Origin: Leucoraja ocellata
Lineage: Eukaryota
Direction: 5' to 3'
Assembly (NCBI GenBank): GCA_036785375.1
Contig: JAWMAR010000007.1
Span: 10,974,001 to 11,038,000, forward strand
Length of the DNA stretch: 64,000 bases
Shown here: piece after piece, positions 62,201 to 64,000 of the stretch
Numbering within the stretch: the first letter of the stretch is position 1
Layout: each line of letters opens with the position of its first letter
The notes under the pieces: model-generated
Told to the model about the DNA's origin: nothing
The model's input: the letters and a program-made list of their open reading frames with translations, nothing else
The model's database searches: none
Made by a program: the position numbers and the translations under genes

Positions 62201-62409
62201 TTTGCACTGCCTGTCACCGCTAATCGTAAGTATCCTTTAATAAGGAACAGAAGTTGCTTTTCTGGCTGTTTCACTGTGAGTGAAATGATTAACTGTATGA
62301 GATAGACATGTGTGTCCGTGGAAACAGAGCAGGATCAGTCTTTTGATGCTGTACTTAAGGTGACAGGCAGTCTTCCAGAAAGGGAATATGTATGTGTGTG
62401 AAGACCTTT
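59221..62409 (+). repeat. Segmental duplication block, start of third unit (copy C)
   Basis: Paralog of 26988-30559. Confidence 0.95.
62177..62225 (+). CDS. Signal-peptide exon of receptor gene copy C
   Basis: Identical to 30327-30375: MLFILLCAFALPVTAN, donor GTAAGT. Confidence 0.75.
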
Positions 62410-64000
62410 TTTTTTTTTTTTTTTTTTTATTATTAGAAGTACGGTAAATTACAATTCTACACAACACATATATCTTGATACATTTTTTGTACCGCTTCAT
62501 TTTTTTTTTTTTTTTTGAGCTTTAAGAAAAAGGTAGAAGTAAGGAAAGTAAAGAAAGTGCAAGAGAGTCGTGCAGTGCAAGAGTGTAAGGAAAAGAAAGC
62601 CCCTTAGGAAAGAAGTTAGAGAAGGAAGTAAAGTGAGAAAATAGACCCTAGAAAAGAGAGAAAGAGAAAGTAGAAACAATCGCTCTGTTATAACATTAAA
62701 CTCCGCAGAAAGGGGACTACCAACCAAGTCTGTTTTTGTTATTTTACCTCCCGTTACCAGGTCCTGATTCCGCTTATTTATATATTTGTTTTTTTTTAGA
62801 TTACTATTGCACCTCATACTTGTAATAGGTCCAGAAACATAGACCACGTCTTTTGGAATTGGTCTGCTTTACCTGCTAGGAGGAATCTCATCTCTTCCAG
62901 ATGTAATGTTTCAAACATATTTGATATCCACATTTTTATTGTTGGTGTCGGCGCATTTTTCCAGAATTTAAGTATAAGCTTTTTTCCCATTATTAGCCCG
63001 TAATTAAATAAATTCTTCTGAAACACGTGTAATTCAGGGTTACCTTCCGATATTCCGAAGATAATCCATTCTGGTTTTGGTACCAGTTTTATTTTGATCA
63101 ATTTTGAAAAAATATCAAATATTTCATACCAGAATTTTTGGATTTTTGTACAAAAAACAAAAGAGTGCGCTATGGTAGCTTCTTGACATAGGCATTTATC
63201 ACAGATTGGTGAAACATTAGGGAAGATTTTATTTAATTTAGTTTTTGAATAATATAATCTATGTTATGTTTTAAATTGGATGAGCGTATGTCGTACGTTG
63301 ATCGAACATTTATGCACCTGTAGTAAATGATTATCCCAGGTCTCTTTTGAGATTTTTATAGCTAATTCTTGTTCCCAATCTTTTCTAATTCCATCTGTTG
63401 TGGGTATTTCTATGTTTAAAATGATATTATATAGGTACGATATTAAATTAGCTGATTCCGCCTTGGTCTTCATTGCTTCATCCAATAAGTCGGAAGACAT
63501 ATTATGATAGTCTTTTGTGTGTTTTTTCAGATAATCACAAATTTGAAGATATTTAAAATATTGGTTATTTTTCAAATTATATTTCAGTTGTAGTTGTTGA
63601 AATGATAGTAAATTCCCCAATTCATACAGATCTTCGAGCGTTTTAATTCCCATTCTTTCCCATTGTATAAATGATTTGTCTATGATTGATGGTTTAAACG
63701 ATGGATTATTGACTATTGGTATTAAAAGAGATAGGTTTCTTAATTTTAAAGTCTGTTTTATTTGTTTCCATGTTCTTATTGTGTTATGTATAATTGGATT
63801 TTTATTATAATTTTTATTATTCAAATTTGTTGGTGAGAGGATAGTCGCTCCTATATTACTCGGGGAGCAGTCCCCTTTTTCCATTACCATCCAGTCCGCC
63901 TGTAGTGCAGAATTGTCCAGCAGGTGAATCATATTTTTAATATTTACTGCCCAGTTATAATACATAAAATTAGGGAGCGCTAGACCCCCCAGCTCTTTTC
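62410..64000 (-). mobile_element. L1-clade LINE 3' end with poly(A) tails
   Basis: Minus strand GGLALPNF.YYNWA..CSINVRH..IQFK, CxxC..H..C knuckle (CDKC..AHSFVFC). Poly-T at about 62407-62428 and 62500-62516. Absent from the paralogous site at 30559. Confidence 0.9.

Noticed and set aside
1-62409. Whole duplication as a haplotype assembly artefact
   Set aside because: Several percent divergence, many copy-specific insertions and different spacer content argue for real paralogs. The under-1% CR1 block still needs read-level confirmation.

Overview
Vertebrate, repeat-rich DNA, most likely from a cartilaginous fish such as a skate or ray (inferred from HE1-type SINEs plus CR1, Rex1/Babar, Penelope-like and L1 elements). 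The window holds about two units of a 32-35 kb tandem segmental duplication and the start of a third. Each unit carries a + strand Ig-superfamily receptor gene most similar to Siglec-15: a signal-peptide exon, three paralogous phase-1/phase-1 V-set exons, and one C2-set+transmembrane exon with an Arg in the TM. Decayed copies of the C2/TM exon lie after V1 and V2. This indicates an ancestral [V-C2-TM] block was triplicated and only the last membrane anchor was kept, giving either a 3V-C2 receptor or three alternative V cassettes sharing one leader and one constant exon. All V domains lack the sialic-acid-binding Arg. Copy A (leader upstream of the window) has intact exons but lacks a 1.56 kb segment with candidate cytoplasmic exons. 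Copy B has a V1 frameshift and a 227 bp deletion of the C2 acceptor. Only the leader of copy C is visible. The rest is transposable elements, low-complexity DNA and one assembly gap. Family assignments come from remembered motifs and hand alignment, not database searches.
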